A stretch of 63,858 nucleotides of DNA, counting the filler, from an uncultured Methanosarcinales archaeon (GTDB lineage Archaea; Nanobdellota; Nanobdellia; Woesearchaeales; CAZKBD01), in assembly GCA_964550945.1 (NCBI GenBank). It is 8 parts of 8 records of this genome, joined end to end, with 100 filler letters (N's around TTAATTAATTAA, not from the genome) between each part and the next. Parts side by side here need not be neighbours in the genome. Positions count along the whole stretch, not along the records: positions 18,544 to 27,497 come from CAZKBD010000077.1; positions 27,598 to 36,528 come from CAZKBD010000078.1; 6 more parts are not named here. The stretch is one strand, 5' to 3'. Below, in pieces: positions 20,323-30,297 of this stretch; position 1 is the stretch's first letter; each line of letters starts with the position of its first letter. The notes below the pieces were generated by a model. That model made no database searches, was not told the DNA's origin, and saw only the letters and a list, made by a program, of their open reading frames with translations. The translations under genes were made by a program, and so were the position numbers.

Positions 20323-22512
20323 TTAAGCCCCAACCTGGCTTTCTGCCAACCCTTTCCTGTCTTTTATCTGCTTTACTATCTTCTGCTGCAGCTCTTCTGG
20401 CAACCTTTCGAATGATTGGTCAATCAAGCTTGAATTCCCTCTTCCGCCAGTTGCGCTTCTCAAGTCAGAACTCCAGCCGAACATCTCAGCAACAGGCATT
20501 TTGGCTTTGATTACTGCTATAGAGCCTTCCTGCTGCATATCAAGCAATTGCCCTCTTTTGTTAGCGATCAGTTTTGAAACCGCTCCCATATACTCATCTG
20601 GAGCCTCTATCCTCAATATCTGCAACGGCTCATACAGTATAGGATTGGCGAGCATCATAGCCCCCCTTATGCCCTCTCTTACTGCAGGGTATACCTGAGC
20701 AGGACCACGATGAATTGCATCTTCATGCAATTTCATATCTTTCAGCATCACTTTAACATTGATGCATGGCTCACGAGCCAAAGGCCCTGCATTCATGACA
20801 TCTTCAAACATATCTAATAACATTTCCATAACTTCTCCAGCATATACCTGGCCTCTTGTCTCGTCGATAAATAGATTGCCTTTACAGATCTCTTTTACTT
20901 TAAGAGCAGTCTTTGAATCCATCCCAGTTTCGACAAAAGCATCTCTAATAGTTAAATCTTTTTTCTTGATTCTTATCTCTGGGATCTTTCCTTCTTTGAT
21001 GAACTGGCTGACTATCGGCTCCAACGGCTCAACAACAAAATAGAATTTATTGTGCTTATTGGGGGTTTTTCCTTCAACCTCAGGGCTTAGCTTCCTTATT
21101 GTCTCTCTAAAAACAACAATAGGATTGCCAGTCTGGACCTCAACATGCTTCTCGCTTCTTATTCTGTTTTCTATAACCTCTAGATGAAGCTCTCCCATTC
21201 CGTGCAGCAAATGCTCGCCCGTTTCTTCATTGATCTCAACAATCACTGTAGGGTCTTCTTTGGAAACCTGCTTCAATACCTCTATTAATTTTGGCAGATC
21301 ACTTGCTTTCTTAGCTTCAATTGCTTTAGTGATAACAGGCTCAAAAATATGCGTGATTTTTTCAAAAGGCTCTGTTGGGTTGATTGTTACTGTTTCACCA
21401 GCATAGCTCTTAACACCGCTGATGCCAATAATATTTCCTGCAGGGACATTGTCGATTATCTCTCTTTTTGCCCCATTATAGATGAACACCTGCTGTATCC
21501 TTGAATTTTGTTTCATCCTATTGAGATAAACATCTTCCCCTTTTTTCATTGTTCCAGAAAATAGCCTTCCCGCAGAAATCTCTCCTGCCTGCGGATCAAT
21601 AACAATCTTTGTGATAATAAAAAATAAGGGTGCATTTGGATTGCAGCTAATAAGCCCTTTGCCTTCTTCGCTTTCCAGCTCGCCATGCCATATCTTAGGT
21701 ATTCTGTAGGGCTGTGCTTGCAGCGGATTTGGATGATGCTTAATAACCATATCTAGGATAACAGAATGCAAAGGCGCTTTTTCAGCTAAAGCCTTTACTT
21801 TTTCCTTTATTTCCTGCTCGCTTCCATGATAAGCATCAATAACATCTTTAAAAGTGATTCCGGTCTTCTTCATATAAGGTATGGATAATGCCCAGTTGTG
21901 GAATGCAGAGCCAAATGCAACAAGCCCATCTTGAACATTAACCTGCCATTTCTCTTTATATTCCTTTGGAGCTATCTCTCTAATTAGTTTGTTAACATGG
22001 TTTATTATTTTAACAAATCTGTCCTGCATCTGCTCAGGCGTTAATTGCAGCTCTTTTATCAGCCTGTCAACCTTGTTGATAAATAATACGGGCTTTACAA
22101 GCTCTCGTAATGCCTGCCTTAATACTGTTTCTGTCTGAGGCATGACGCCTTCGCTTGCGCAAACAAGGACTATTGTTCCATCAACAGCCCTCATTGCTCT
22201 TGTTACATCTCCTCCAAAATCAACGTGGCCTGGAGTGTCCAACAGATTGATTAGGTATTCTTGGCCTTCAAAAGTATGAACCATGCTTACAGCAGCAGTG
22301 TCAATCGTGATGCCTCTTTCTTGCTCGTCCTCGTGGAAATCCATCTTTAAAGCTTTTCCAGCATCATCCTTGGACATCATGCCTGCTCCTGCAAGTAGAT
22401 TATCTGTGAACGTCGTTTTTCCATGATCAATATGGGCAGAGGTGCATATATTTCTGATGTTCTCAACCTTGCTCATAATTTTCATTACTTTCTCAACAGT
22501 CTTTTCAGCCAT
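20323..22512 (-). CDS. fusA: Archaeal elongation factor 2
   Basis: AHIDHGKTT, ERGITI, DTPGHVDF, NKVD; diphthamide loop LHEDAIHRGPAQ; start MAEKTVEK. Confidence 0.97.
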   Translation of the reverse strand: MAEKTVEKVMKIMSKVENIRNICTSAHIDHGKTTFTDNLLAGAGMMSKDDAGKALKMDFHEDEQERGITIDTAAVSMVHTFEGQEYLINLLDTPGHVDFGGDVTRAMRAVDGTIVLVCASEGVMPQTETVLRQALRELVKPVLFINKVDRLIKELQLTPEQMQDRFVKIINHVNKLIREIAPKEYKEKWQVNVQDGLVAFGSAFHNWALSIPYMKKTGITFKDVIDAYHGSEQEIKEKVKALAEKAPLHSVILDMVIKHHPNPLQAQPYRIPKIWHGELESEEGKGLISCNPNAPLFFIITKIVIDPQAGEISAGRLFSGTMKKGEDVYLNRMKQNSRIQQVFIYNGAKREIIDNVPAGNIIGISGVKSYAGETVTINPTEPFEKITHIFEPVITKAIEAKKASDLPKLIEVLKQVSKEDPTVIVEINEETGEHLLHGMGELHLEVIENRIRSEKHVEVQTGNPIVVFRETIRKLSPEVEGKTPNKHNKFYFVVEPLEPIVSQFIKEGKIPEIRIKKKDLTIRDAFVETGMDSKTALKVKEICKGNLFIDETRGQVYAGEVMEMLLDMFEDVMNAGPLAREPCINVKVMLKDMKLHEDAIHRGPAQVYPAVREGIRGAMMLANPILYEPLQILRIEAPDEYMGAVSKLIANKRGQLLDMQQEGSIAVIKAKMPVAEMFGWSSDLRSATGGRGNSSLIDQSFERLPEELQQKIVKQIKDRKGLAESQVGA

Positions 22513-22516
22513 TTTA

Positions 22517-23017
22517 TCACTTCCAAAAGAATTCTGTTTTTGTCGCTTCTCTTGCTTCAGTGGGGTATATTGTATAGACAAGCTCTTCAGGCCTGAACCA
22601 TAGTTTTATCTCCCTTTCAGCTTCTTTCACATTCTCAGAAGCATGGATGACATTCTCAAAAACGCCTTTCTTTGTTATCCTGCCGTATTTGCCTCTTATT
22701 GTAACTGGGCCTGCTTCCTCAGGATTTGTTGCCCCTACAATCTCTCTTATTTTTTTTATTGCGCCTTCGCCATGATAAACCAAAGCCATGACCCTTTTAG
22801 TATGATATTCTCCCATTATGTATCTCACCAATTCATCAAAAAAAGATTCTTCTTTTAGATGGCAATAATGCTCCTCTGCTAACTCTCTTGTTACCTGAAC
22901 AATTTTAGATCCAACTATTTTGAGCTGGGTCTCAGATAAGGTAGTTATAATATTCCCAGTCAATGATTTTACCAGGCCATCTGGTTTTATCAGCACAAGA
23001 GTTTGCTCAACAGCCAT
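22517..23017 (-). CDS. ndk: Nucleoside diphosphate kinase
   Basis: TLVLIKPDG, GATNP, NVIHAS. Confidence 0.95.
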   Translation of the reverse strand: MAVEQTLVLIKPDGLVKSLTGNIITTLSETQLKIVGSKIVQVTRELAEEHYCHLKEESFFDELVRYIMGEYHTKRVMALVYHGEGAIKKIREIVGATNPEEAGPVTIRGKYGRITKKGVFENVIHASENVKEAEREIKLWFRPEELVYTIYPTEAREATKTEFFWK

Positions 23018-23018
23018 T

Positions 23019-23189
23019 TTACTTTTCAAACCTTTTGCTCCATCTTGTTTTGATTGGCTTTCTGCCCAAATTCAGCATATTCTTTTCGCATTTTGATGAG
23101 CAAAAATAAAACACCTTTGAGTCAACCTGCACATACATCTTGCCAGTTCCTCTCTCAAGCGCATCTCCGCAAAAACTGCATTTAGCCAT
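23019..23189 (-). CDS. rpl24e: 50S ribosomal protein L24e (56 aa, not in the ORF track)
   Basis: Manual translation MAKCSFCGDALERGTGKMYV...FCSSKCEKNMLNLGRKP. Confidence 0.95.
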   Translation of the reverse strand: MAKCSFCGDALERGTGKMYVQVDSKVFYFCSSKCEKNMLNLGRKPIKTRWSKRFEK

Positions 23190-23190
23190 T

Positions 23191-23481
23191 TTAGTTACCT
23201 GTTCCTCTTCCGCCTTTGCTTAATCCTCTCGCTTCAATTTCAGTTTCTCTTAGCATTAGGATATCTCCTATCTGTACAGGGCCTTTTATATTCCTTCTTA
23301 TGGTCTTATTCCTGTCATTGCCTTCCAAGATCTTGCATCTTACTTGTATAGCCTCTCCTCTTGTGCCTGTTCTTCCAATAATCTCCTCAACCTTTGCAGG
23401 AGTTGCCTCAGAAAATCTTACTGCTCCTTTTGTTTCTTCTCTGGCAGGCCCTTCATTTGGCCTCTGCTTTTTTTCAAACAT
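23191..23481 (-). CDS. rps28e: 30S ribosomal protein S28e
   Basis: [35 protein letters not shown]. Confidence 0.95.
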   Translation of the reverse strand: MFEKKQRPNEGPAREETKGAVRFSEATPAKVEEIIGRTGTRGEAIQVRCKILEGNDRNKTIRRNIKGPVQIGDILMLRETEIEARGLSKGGRGTGN

Positions 23482-23482
23482 T

Positions 23483-23830
23483 TTATTCTCCTTTCTTCAG
23501 TTTTTCTGAAATATTCTTGATTATCTCCTTTGCTTCGCCTTCCTGCACTATTGCAATGCTTGATGTCTTGACATCAATCCCTGCAGCAGCACCAAGCTCT
23601 TCCATGCTAGGAACCTGTATGCATGGAATGCCCTTTTCTTCACACAATAAAGGCAGATGCATTATGATCTCAGGCGGATTTACGTCCTTGGCAACAATTA
23701 CTAATTTTGCCTCTCCTCTTTCAATAGCCTTAGTTGCTTCATTTGACCCTTTCCTTAATTTGCCGGTTGCCTTTGCAACCTCGACCGCTTCATACGCTTT
23801 ATTAACCAGTTCTTTTGACACTTCAGCCAT
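23483..23830 (-). CDS. rpl7ae: 50S ribosomal protein L7Ae
   Basis: [31 protein letters not shown] before MAEVSK. Confidence 0.96.
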   Translation of the reverse strand: MAEVSKELVNKAYEAVEVAKATGKLRKGSNEATKAIERGEAKLVIVAKDVNPPEIIMHLPLLCEEKGIPCIQVPSMEELGAAAGIDVKTSSIAIVQEGEAKEIIKNISEKLKKGE

Positions 23831-23952
23831 TTTAAATCCTCCACGATTATTTATTAACCATATTTTACGACAGATTCGAGGAAATAAGAAACAATTCCTC
23901 ACTCAGGCTATTACCTTAACAGCCTTCATCAATCATAGGTAACCAATAGAAA

Positions 23953-24957
23953 TTATGTTTTATTTTTAAAGCTTTCGCTAATCCCAAAATAACTCGCTCC
24001 AATCATTCCAATATCATAATTAGTTATGACATAGACTGGCACTTTGGCAAGAACTCCTGACAATCTGTCAACATTCTCAAATTCTTTAATGAACTCTTTG
24101 CTTTTAAATATCTCCTTGTTCTTGGCTGCAATCCCTCCTGCAATATACAAGCCTCCGGTAGCCAATGAATCCAAAACAAAATTCTTGGCGCATCTGGCAT
24201 AAAACTTCACAAATAGCTTAAATGATTCTCTGCATAATCTGTCTTTAGCCCGGTTCTTGGATATTTCCTTTGCATTGGCTTTTTTCTTTGACAGGAATTC
24301 ATAAATAATCTCCAGCCCTCTCCCAGAAACCAATTCTTCATAATTTATCTGCTTGATCTTCTTTTTCTTTCTTATGAACTCCGCCAATTTTAATTCAAAC
24401 TCATTCTGGCATGGAAAATCTTCATGTCCGCCTTCACTTGGCATCGGAATATATCTTTTGCCGTCAAAAAACAAGATGCTTTTTCCCAATCCGGTTCCAG
24501 CACCAAGAACAGCTTTATTGCCATATCCTTTCCCATTTCTTACAGCAAACAGGTCTTTTTTGCTGATAAGGTTTATTCCATAACCGATTGCCTGGAAATC
24601 ATTAATCAACATTATCTTTAATCCGGTCTTTCTCGAAAGGGCTTTTGCATCAACATCCCATTTGAGATTTACTGTCCTAGCATAATCGCCAGAAACAGGG
24701 CCAGCGACGCCAAAACAGCAATTCCTGACACTAATGCAGTGTTTTTCCTTTGCATACTTTATTATCTCTTCCACTGCAGGCAATAATGATCTTAATTCAG
24801 CACTTTTGAAATGCATTGAAAACAATAATTCTGGCTTATTCCTCCTAATTCCAGCAATGCAAAGGTTGGTGTTTGTCCCTCCAATATCTCCAGCTAAACC
24901 ATAAGAATCATAATTAAATTTATTTTTGAAATATCTTAATCTATAGTTTTTCATCAT
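23953..24957 (-). CDS. glk: Bacterial-type glucokinase
   Basis: GDIGGTN, INDF, GAGTGLG, SEGGH, LYIAGGIA. Confidence 0.9.
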   Translation of the reverse strand: MMKNYRLRYFKNKFNYDSYGLAGDIGGTNTNLCIAGIRRNKPELLFSMHFKSAELRSLLPAVEEIIKYAKEKHCISVRNCCFGVAGPVSGDYARTVNLKWDVDAKALSRKTGLKIMLINDFQAIGYGINLISKKDLFAVRNGKGYGNKAVLGAGTGLGKSILFFDGKRYIPMPSEGGHEDFPCQNEFELKLAEFIRKKKKIKQINYEELVSGRGLEIIYEFLSKKKANAKEISKNRAKDRLCRESFKLFVKFYARCAKNFVLDSLATGGLYIAGGIAAKNKEIFKSKEFIKEFENVDRLSGVLAKVPVYVITNYDIGMIGASYFGISESFKNKT

Positions 24958-25882
24958 CGCAAGAGCAAATACCCTTATTACCATTTATATAGCGATAAGC
25001 AGAATATGCTGCTGTAACTCCCTGCGCCACGCCGGTTATTACCTGCTTGAATGAGCTATCACAGACATCACCAGCTGCAAAAATGCCCTTAACATTGGTG
25101 TTTGCATCCCTGTCAATCATTATCTCGTCTTTTTCATTTATCTTAACTCCAACATTTTTTGCCAGCCCGCTTAAAGGTATATGGCCTATATCTATAAATA
25201 TTGCATCTATCTTAAGCTCTTTTGAGCCTTTGTGGGCCTTATCAAGAATAACTGAGTTAACAAACTTATTCCCTTTTATCCCAATAACATTTGTGTTGTT
25301 TATCACTTCAATCTCTTTATTTTTCTCAACCATCTTTAAGGTAATAGGCTCTGCCCTTATCTTATCTTTTCTGTAGATAATATAAACCTTTTTCCCATAT
25401 TCTGCCAGCAATAAAGCATCTTTTGCTGCTGAATCACTTCCTCCAACCACACCAATTACCTTATTCTTATAGAATGCGCCATCGCATAAGGCGCAGTAAT
25501 GAACGCCTTTTCCACTAAACTCCTTTTCTCCGTTTACATCTAATTTTTTCCATTCTGTTCCTGTAGCAAAAATTACCGATTTTGTAACAAAATTCTTTTT
25601 TCCAACAAAAACATTAAAACAGCAATCCTTGCCTTTTTCTACCTTAGCCACTTTTTCTTCTTTTATCTCAATTTTATACTCTTTAGCATGCTCTTTGATG
25701 CTTTCAGCCAAATCCATGCCGCTTATCTTTTTGAAGCCAGGGTAATTGGTGACTTCATGCGCCATAATGACTGTCCCGCCTAAATTCTCAGCAATCAATA
25801 AAACTTTCATCTCAAACCTTCCAGCATATATAGCAGCAGCTAATCCAGAAACCCCTCCGCCGATTATGACTAGATCATACAT
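24941..25882 (-). CDS. trxB: Thioredoxin reductase
   Basis: GGGVSG, CALCDG, GGSDSA, FAAGD. Confidence 0.92.
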   Translation of the reverse strand: MYDLVIIGGGVSGLAAAIYAGRFEMKVLLIAENLGGTVIMAHEVTNYPGFKKISGMDLAESIKEHAKEYKIEIKEEKVAKVEKGKDCCFNVFVGKKNFVTKSVIFATGTEWKKLDVNGEKEFSGKGVHYCALCDGAFYKNKVIGVVGGSDSAAKDALLLAEYGKKVYIIYRKDKIRAEPITLKMVEKNKEIEVINNTNVIGIKGNKFVNSVILDKAHKGSKELKIDAIFIDIGHIPLSGLAKNVGVKINEKDEIMIDRDANTNVKGIFAAGDVCDSSFKQVITGVAQGVTAAYSAYRYINGNKGICSCDDEKL

Positions 25883-25883
25883 T

Positions 25884-26117
25884 TTACAGCTTTAATTCTT
25901 TCTTTATTCTCTCAATATCGAACCCAATAATTATCTTGCCACTGATATCGATTACAGGAACGCCCATCTGTCCTGATTTCTCTACCATCTCATCCCTTGC
26001 TTTATCATCTTCAGACACATCAAAATCCTCAAACTTGATTTTGTTCTCTTTCAGAAACTGCTTTGCCTTGACACACCAAGGGCATGTTGGCGTTGAATAA
26101 ACCTTCACAGTTGCCAT
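25884..26117 (-). CDS. Glutaredoxin-like (NrdH/YruB) protein
   Basis: YSTPTCPWC, GQMGVPV, IIGFD. Confidence 0.92.
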   Translation of the reverse strand: MATVKVYSTPTCPWCVKAKQFLKENKIKFEDFDVSEDDKARDEMVEKSGQMGVPVIDISGKIIIGFDIERIKKELKL

Positions 26118-26186
26118 AAAAACACCTCCTACTTCAGTTTAATGATTTAGGATTTAATAATCTTTCTAAAAAACAAAACTGCCAGT

Positions 26187-26786
26187 TTACCTGCTAGAAT
26201 CAGACTGCCTTTCAACTTCATGCTTTTTTGCAATTGCGTTGGAAGCGCTTGAGCATTTGTAAGCATTAACAATTTCTTCTGCCAGGAATTCCTCGATTGG
26301 CTTCTTGGAATTAAAAGATTTATGATAAGCGCCTTGGGTCATATACCTAAGAGCCAAATCAATTCTTCTTTGTGGAGCGCATTCAACAGCTTTTGGGTAG
26401 CGAGCGCCGCCATACTCTATTGTGATTATCTCCTCTCTTGGAGCAGCATTCTCCAGGGCCTTGACAAAAACTTTTATTGGATTTTCTTTTGTTCTTGATT
26501 CAATCATCCTGAAGCATTTTTCAACAAGGGAATAAACAGTTTGTACCTTTCCAGTCAGGTGATAACTTGATTTGTAGTGTTTTTTTGATTTATGGCCCGG
26601 AACCATCAGCTTATTTATCAGCCTTTCAACAATAAATGCCCTGCTTTTATGGAATCTGTTGCCAACATATCTTGCGCCAGTCTTAGGAACTATTCTTGGC
26701 TCTAGGTTGATATAATTCACAAGTCCTTGATCTGTAACCTTTATCCCTTCTGTGGACCATCTGTTGAAAGCTTTTAACTCAGCCAT
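26187..26786 (-). CDS. rps7: 30S ribosomal protein S7
   Basis: IVERLINKLM, ENAAPREE, YGGARY, PQRRIDLAL. Confidence 0.96.
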   Translation of the reverse strand: MAELKAFNRWSTEGIKVTDQGLVNYINLEPRIVPKTGARYVGNRFHKSRAFIVERLINKLMVPGHKSKKHYKSSYHLTGKVQTVYSLVEKCFRMIESRTKENPIKVFVKALENAAPREEIITIEYGGARYPKAVECAPQRRIDLALRYMTQGAYHKSFNSKKPIEEFLAEEIVNAYKCSSASNAIAKKHEVERQSDSSR

Positions 26787-26787
26787 T

Positions 26788-27225
26788 TTATTTCCTTGCC
26801 TTCTCAATCTTGCCTTTCAATAAAGCGTCTAAGCTTTGGTCATTAACTTTGATAACCTGCCACCTGACACCAGGAATATCTCCTTTTGCCCTGCCTTGTT
26901 TGCCGCCGATGCACTCAATAATGACCTCGTCGTGCTCGTCAATAAGCTTAGTGGCTCCATCGCCAGGGCAGAAAGCAGTAACCTGTCTTCCGTTTTTAGT
27001 AAGCTGGACTCTTGCACATTTTCTCATTGCAGAATTTGGCTGTTTAGCTTCTATCTGAACCTTTTCAAGAACAATGCCTTTAGCTTGAGAAGCCCCTTCT
27101 AAGGGGTCTGATTTCTCCTTTAATCTTAGAACCTTTCTAACATAAAGTATATCGAGCCATCTATTCTGATGCCTTCTTGCTTTCAGTTTTTTTCCAGCGT
27201 TTAAACCAGAAGACTTCTTTCCCAT
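26788..27225 (-). CDS. rps12: 30S ribosomal protein S12
   Basis: [20 protein letters not shown]. Confidence 0.97.
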   Translation of the reverse strand: MGKKSSGLNAGKKLKARRHQNRWLDILYVRKVLRLKEKSDPLEGASQAKGIVLEKVQIEAKQPNSAMRKCARVQLTKNGRQVTAFCPGDGATKLIDEHDEVIIECIGGKQGRAKGDIPGVRWQVIKVNDQSLDALLKGKIEKARK

Positions 27226-27278
27226 TTTATCCTTAGAAATTGTAAGGGCTTTTTAAATGTTACTGTTTCGTTGCCTTT

Positions 27279-27380
27279 ATGTCAAAAACCACCCATCAGG
27301 GAGATGTGGCATGATTGCAGCATAGCTAACCTAAGCTAGGTGGTTTTTGAGCATGCTCAGAAATCTTTGATTTCTGACAT
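27279..27380. repeat. Hairpin element copy B (two back-to-back hairpins)
   Basis: ATGTCAAAAACCACC...GGTGGTTTTTGAGCAT then ATGCTCAGAAATC-ttt-GATTTCTGACAT. Confidence 0.8.
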
Positions 27381-27597
27381 ATCAATTTGAAAGAAAATAA
27401 AAAAATTTATCTCTTCCTCGGAGCCTTTTTCTGGCAACAACCAGACATTGAATACATAACCAAAGCCTTAATTATCAAAATTGCTCCAACAACAACCNNN
27501 NNNNNNNNNNNNNNNNNNNNNNNNNNNNNNNNNNNNNNNNNTTAATTAATTAANNNNNNNNNNNNNNNNNNNNNNNNNNNNNNNNNNNNNNNNNNNN

Positions 27598-27897
27598 GAA
27601 TGCATGTATCTTCTTTCCCAAATCACCTAACTTTTTCACCAAATGGTTCTCAATTGCAGTGTGGCAGTCTTCATCTTCTTTTTTGATTTCCAGATTTTTA
27701 ATATTGTCCAGCTCTTTTTTCAATTTTTCAAATTCCTTATCATTGATTATTTTTATCTTATTCAGCATCTTAGCATGCGCAATAGAAGCGATAATGTCAT
27801 ACTTCAAAAGCTCTTTATCTAGCAAGTAATCATTTCCCACTGTAAACTCTTCTATCAGTTTATTCAGCTTATTGTCCTTCTGCCAAAGTTTTGCCAT
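27598..27897 (-). CDS. argH: Argininosuccinate lyase (3'-partial)
   Basis: MAKLW, YDIIASIAHAKML, EDCHTAIE...GKKIH. Confidence 0.9.
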
Positions 27898-27919
27898 AGC
27901 TAGCTTAGAAATTAGTTGG

Positions 27920-27980
27920 TTTATAAATTTATTGACTTAAATAAAAAGAAATTAGACAAAGATGTCCTGTATTAGACTAT
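27920..27980 (-). promoter_or_regulatory. argH promoter block, homologous to the argG upstream region 33941-34002
   Basis: Shared tttataaatttattg...ataaaa...attagaca..tgtc...gac at the same distance (23-24 nt) from each ATG. Confidence 0.6.
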
Positions 27981-28069
27981 ACCTATCCACCTAAATTTAA
28001 TGCTTTTTTGTTATTATACAGTAACAAATTTAAAAAACTATTTAAATAGGATAGAATTTCGATAATCCT

Positions 28070-29020
28070 ATGGGAAGGATACCTCTTGAAAAATATGTCA
28101 AGGCTGTAGTTGAGAGAGATAGAGGGCTTCCTTACACATCAATGCTTGCACAATTTGGCCTTACACCCAACCAATTCTCCAGGTTTGTAAGCCGTAGATT
28201 AGAAGATATGGTTCATGAAATGCCTACCTATGCCCCTGTATTAAGGGAGATATCAGAAGATGATGGGAGAAGAAGTGAATTGTTTAATATGGGCAGGAAC
28301 TTTGTTGAGAGGCAGTGTGACCGCATTATGGGGAAAATAGATGGAGAGACTCAATTGATGTTTTATGAGGGCACTTACTTTCATCCTGCAAATATCCAGG
28401 CCTTAGTTTATTATATCCTCACAACTGCTCATCCAGAGCTTGCTTCAAAAAACAGAAAAGAAGTGATTGAAGGGATAAAAGGATTACCTAAAAACCTGGA
28501 GGATTATTTTAGTGCTATCAAACTAGGAGGATGGATGATTGGAGATTATGGTAAAAAAGAAAGATGTTCACCATTGGCAGTCCTGAAGGCATTTGATCAG
28601 GAGTATCAGAGAAGAACAAAATGTGCAAGCTTATTTGATCTAACTCAAAATGTGCATTTGCATGAGTGGGGTGATGAATTCAGAGCTCCTAGGTCATACT
28701 GGCAGGATGAAAAAAATGTGGAGAAAGCAGTATACCATACATTGACAGAAAATCATCCAGAGCTTGCTTCAACAAACAGGGAAGAAGTGATTGAAGGGAT
28801 AAAAAGGCTGACGACAAACCTAGCTGATTATTTCTATTCTATAGGATTACGTGGACTGATGTTTAATGCTTTCAATAAAAAGGAAAGAGGTTCACCATTG
28901 GCAGTCCTAAAGGTATTCGATAAGGTATATCAGAGGATAACAACAGACACCAGCTTGTTTGATGCAGGCCAAAAATGTTATCTGATGGTAGATTCAAGAA
29001 ACCGCCTTGTTAGGGGCTAG
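28070..29020 (+). CDS. Hypothetical protein with a tandem 108-aa internal duplication
   Basis: HPELAS.NR.EVIEGIK and SPLAVLK.FD..YQR occur twice, 324 nt apart. Confidence 0.8.
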   Translation: MGRIPLEKYVKAVVERDRGLPYTSMLAQFGLTPNQFSRFVSRRLEDMVHEMPTYAPVLREISEDDGRRSELFNMGRNFVERQCDRIMGKIDGETQLMFYEGTYFHPANIQALVYYILTTAHPELASKNRKEVIEGIKGLPKNLEDYFSAIKLGGWMIGDYGKKERCSPLAVLKAFDQEYQRRTKCASLFDLTQNVHLHEWGDEFRAPRSYWQDEKNVEKAVYHTLTENHPELASTNREEVIEGIKRLTTNLADYFYSIGLRGLMFNAFNKKERGSPLAVLKVFDKVYQRITTDTSLFDAGQKCYLMVDSRNRLVRG

Positions 29021-29024
29021 TTTT

Positions 29025-29049
29025 TTTCCTATGCTTAATCAAATCCGCT
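29025..29049. repeat. Degenerate copy of the ribB 3' end (copy 1)
   Basis: tttcctatgcttaatcaaatccgct, 23/25 identical to 30911-30935. Confidence 0.8.
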
Positions 29050-29058
29050 TCGTAACAA

Positions 29059-29262
29059 TTACCCCAATAACTTCCTATACCCTTTTAAATTCTTAATGCC
29101 ATAAGCATTGATCAATCTCTTTCTTCCATTTGGCTCTTTCAACAAGCGCTTCATAAAGGCATAGGATTTGGAAAACTGGGCATTAATAAACTGAGTATGA
29201 ACCTCTTTCCAATTAGGATTCTCTTTCATATACTCTATCCATCTATCTATCTCTTCGCTCAT
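29059..29262 (-). CDS. Small hypothetical protein coupled to a nucleotidyltransferase
   Basis: 67-aa ORF overlapping the upstream gene by 4 nt. Confidence 0.7.
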   Translation of the reverse strand: MSEEIDRWIEYMKENPNWKEVHTQFINAQFSKSYAFMKRLLKEPNGRKRLINAYGIKNLKGYRKLLG

Positions 29263-29813
29263 AATCTCAACTTTCTTATCATTAATTTTATCTTGTTTAT
29301 CTCATCTTCATTAACCAGCTCAGGATAAATCTTTCTCAAATGTTCAGCATCTTTCACATCTTTATCTGATTTTAATAATTCCTCTTTGAAAGCAAGGTTC
29401 ATATTTATGCTGCTAAACCAGATATCAAGGCCTGTTAAAGGCAGCTTTACCCTTGATTCTAGCTGAATTTGGTCTATTTTATCTTTAGCAAACTTAAGCT
29501 CAGCCTCAGGCAAGGGTTTGTCCTTCAATGTATAACGCACAGAAGTGTTGTCTATCAGATAATCATAAATCTCTTCAGCAGAATCAGATTGCATGCATAC
29601 AAAACTCTTCTTCAATAAATCATTATGAAGCTCTTTGAATGCCCTAAAATCTAATTTTTCAATGACAATGTCAATATCTTCTGTAGCCCTGCTTCTTCCA
29701 GAACTTATTGCAACAAATCCGGAAACCACAATATATCTGCACTGTTTTTCCAACACTTTGCAAAACTTAATACAGAATTCATCAAGGATGTTTTTCTCGC
29801 TAATTCCCCTCAT
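29259..29813 (-). CDS. Nucleotidyltransferase-fold protein (AbiEii-like)
   Basis: YIVVSGFVAISSGRSRATEDIDI; K...SDKDVKD. Confidence 0.75.
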   Translation of the reverse strand: MRGISEKNILDEFCIKFCKVLEKQCRYIVVSGFVAISSGRSRATEDIDIVIEKLDFRAFKELHNDLLKKSFVCMQSDSAEEIYDYLIDNTSVRYTLKDKPLPEAELKFAKDKIDQIQLESRVKLPLTGLDIWFSSINMNLAFKEELLKSDKDVKDAEHLRKIYPELVNEDEINKIKLMIRKLRL

Positions 29814-29858
29814 GCACAAAAGTAACCAATTATGTTATATAAATCTTTACAATTTGCC

Positions 29859-29885
29859 TTTCCTATGCTTGATCAAATCCGCTAT
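29859..29885. repeat. Degenerate copy of the ribB 3' end (copy 2)
   Basis: tttcctatgcttgatcaaatccgctat, 26/27 identical to 30911-30937. Confidence 0.85.
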
Positions 29886-29901
29886 GACCTTATTTGCCCT
29901 A

Positions 29902-29958
29902 GGTTATTAATATTAACCAAAAGGTTTATATATTAGTCTTATGTTAATCATGTTAACA
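29902..29958 (+). promoter_or_regulatory. Promoter of HEPN-MNT module 1 with two palindromic sites
   Basis: GGTTAT-taata-TTAACC (29902), TATA tttatata, TGTTAA-tcatg-TTAACA (29942) directly before ATG 29959. Confidence 0.7.
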
Positions 29959-30297
29959 ATGGCTCAAAAAGACATTTTGATTAAAAACTTTCAAGAGTAT
30001 TTTGAATTAGCTGAGCTTGCTTTCAATAAAAAGAAATATAACGGAGCAGTAACCTTATATTATAAGGCGCTAGTTGAACTGTGTGATATCTCTTTATTGG
30101 AAACTACTGGAAGGTTAGGGGCGAATCATACAGAAAGATTTGAACTTCTTAAAACAAATAGGCCCTTGTTGTATTCTGTAGCCTCAAAGCTTTTTGATTT
30201 TTATAGAGATTCTTATTCTAAAACCATCTCAGATGTTGTTGCAGGCCAAGTTAAACAAAAGGTGGAAGATGCAAAAAAACACGTTCTCAAAGATTAA
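29959..30297 (+). CDS. HEPN-domain protein
   Basis: All-helical; YYKALVELCD; Rx4H motif RLGANH; followed by MNT. Confidence 0.75.
   Translation: MAQKDILIKNFQEYFELAELAFNKKKYNGAVTLYYKALVELCDISLLETTGRLGANHTERFELLKTNRPLLYSVASKLFDFYRDSYSKTISDVVAGQVKQKVEDAKKHVLKD

Noticed and set aside
20690..20740. Aberrant EF-2 diphthamide loop
   Set aside because: The motif LHEDAIHRGPAQ is canonical.
23394..23942. Long antisense ORFs in the track (e.g. 182 aa opposite L7Ae, and others opposite ilvD, EF-2 and ribB)
   Set aside because: They overlap well-supported conserved genes on the other strand and have no recognisable motifs.
28430..28965. Diversity-generating retroelement TR/VR pair
   Set aside because: Both repeats are in-frame in one ORF, mismatches are not restricted to adenines, and no reverse transcriptase is present.
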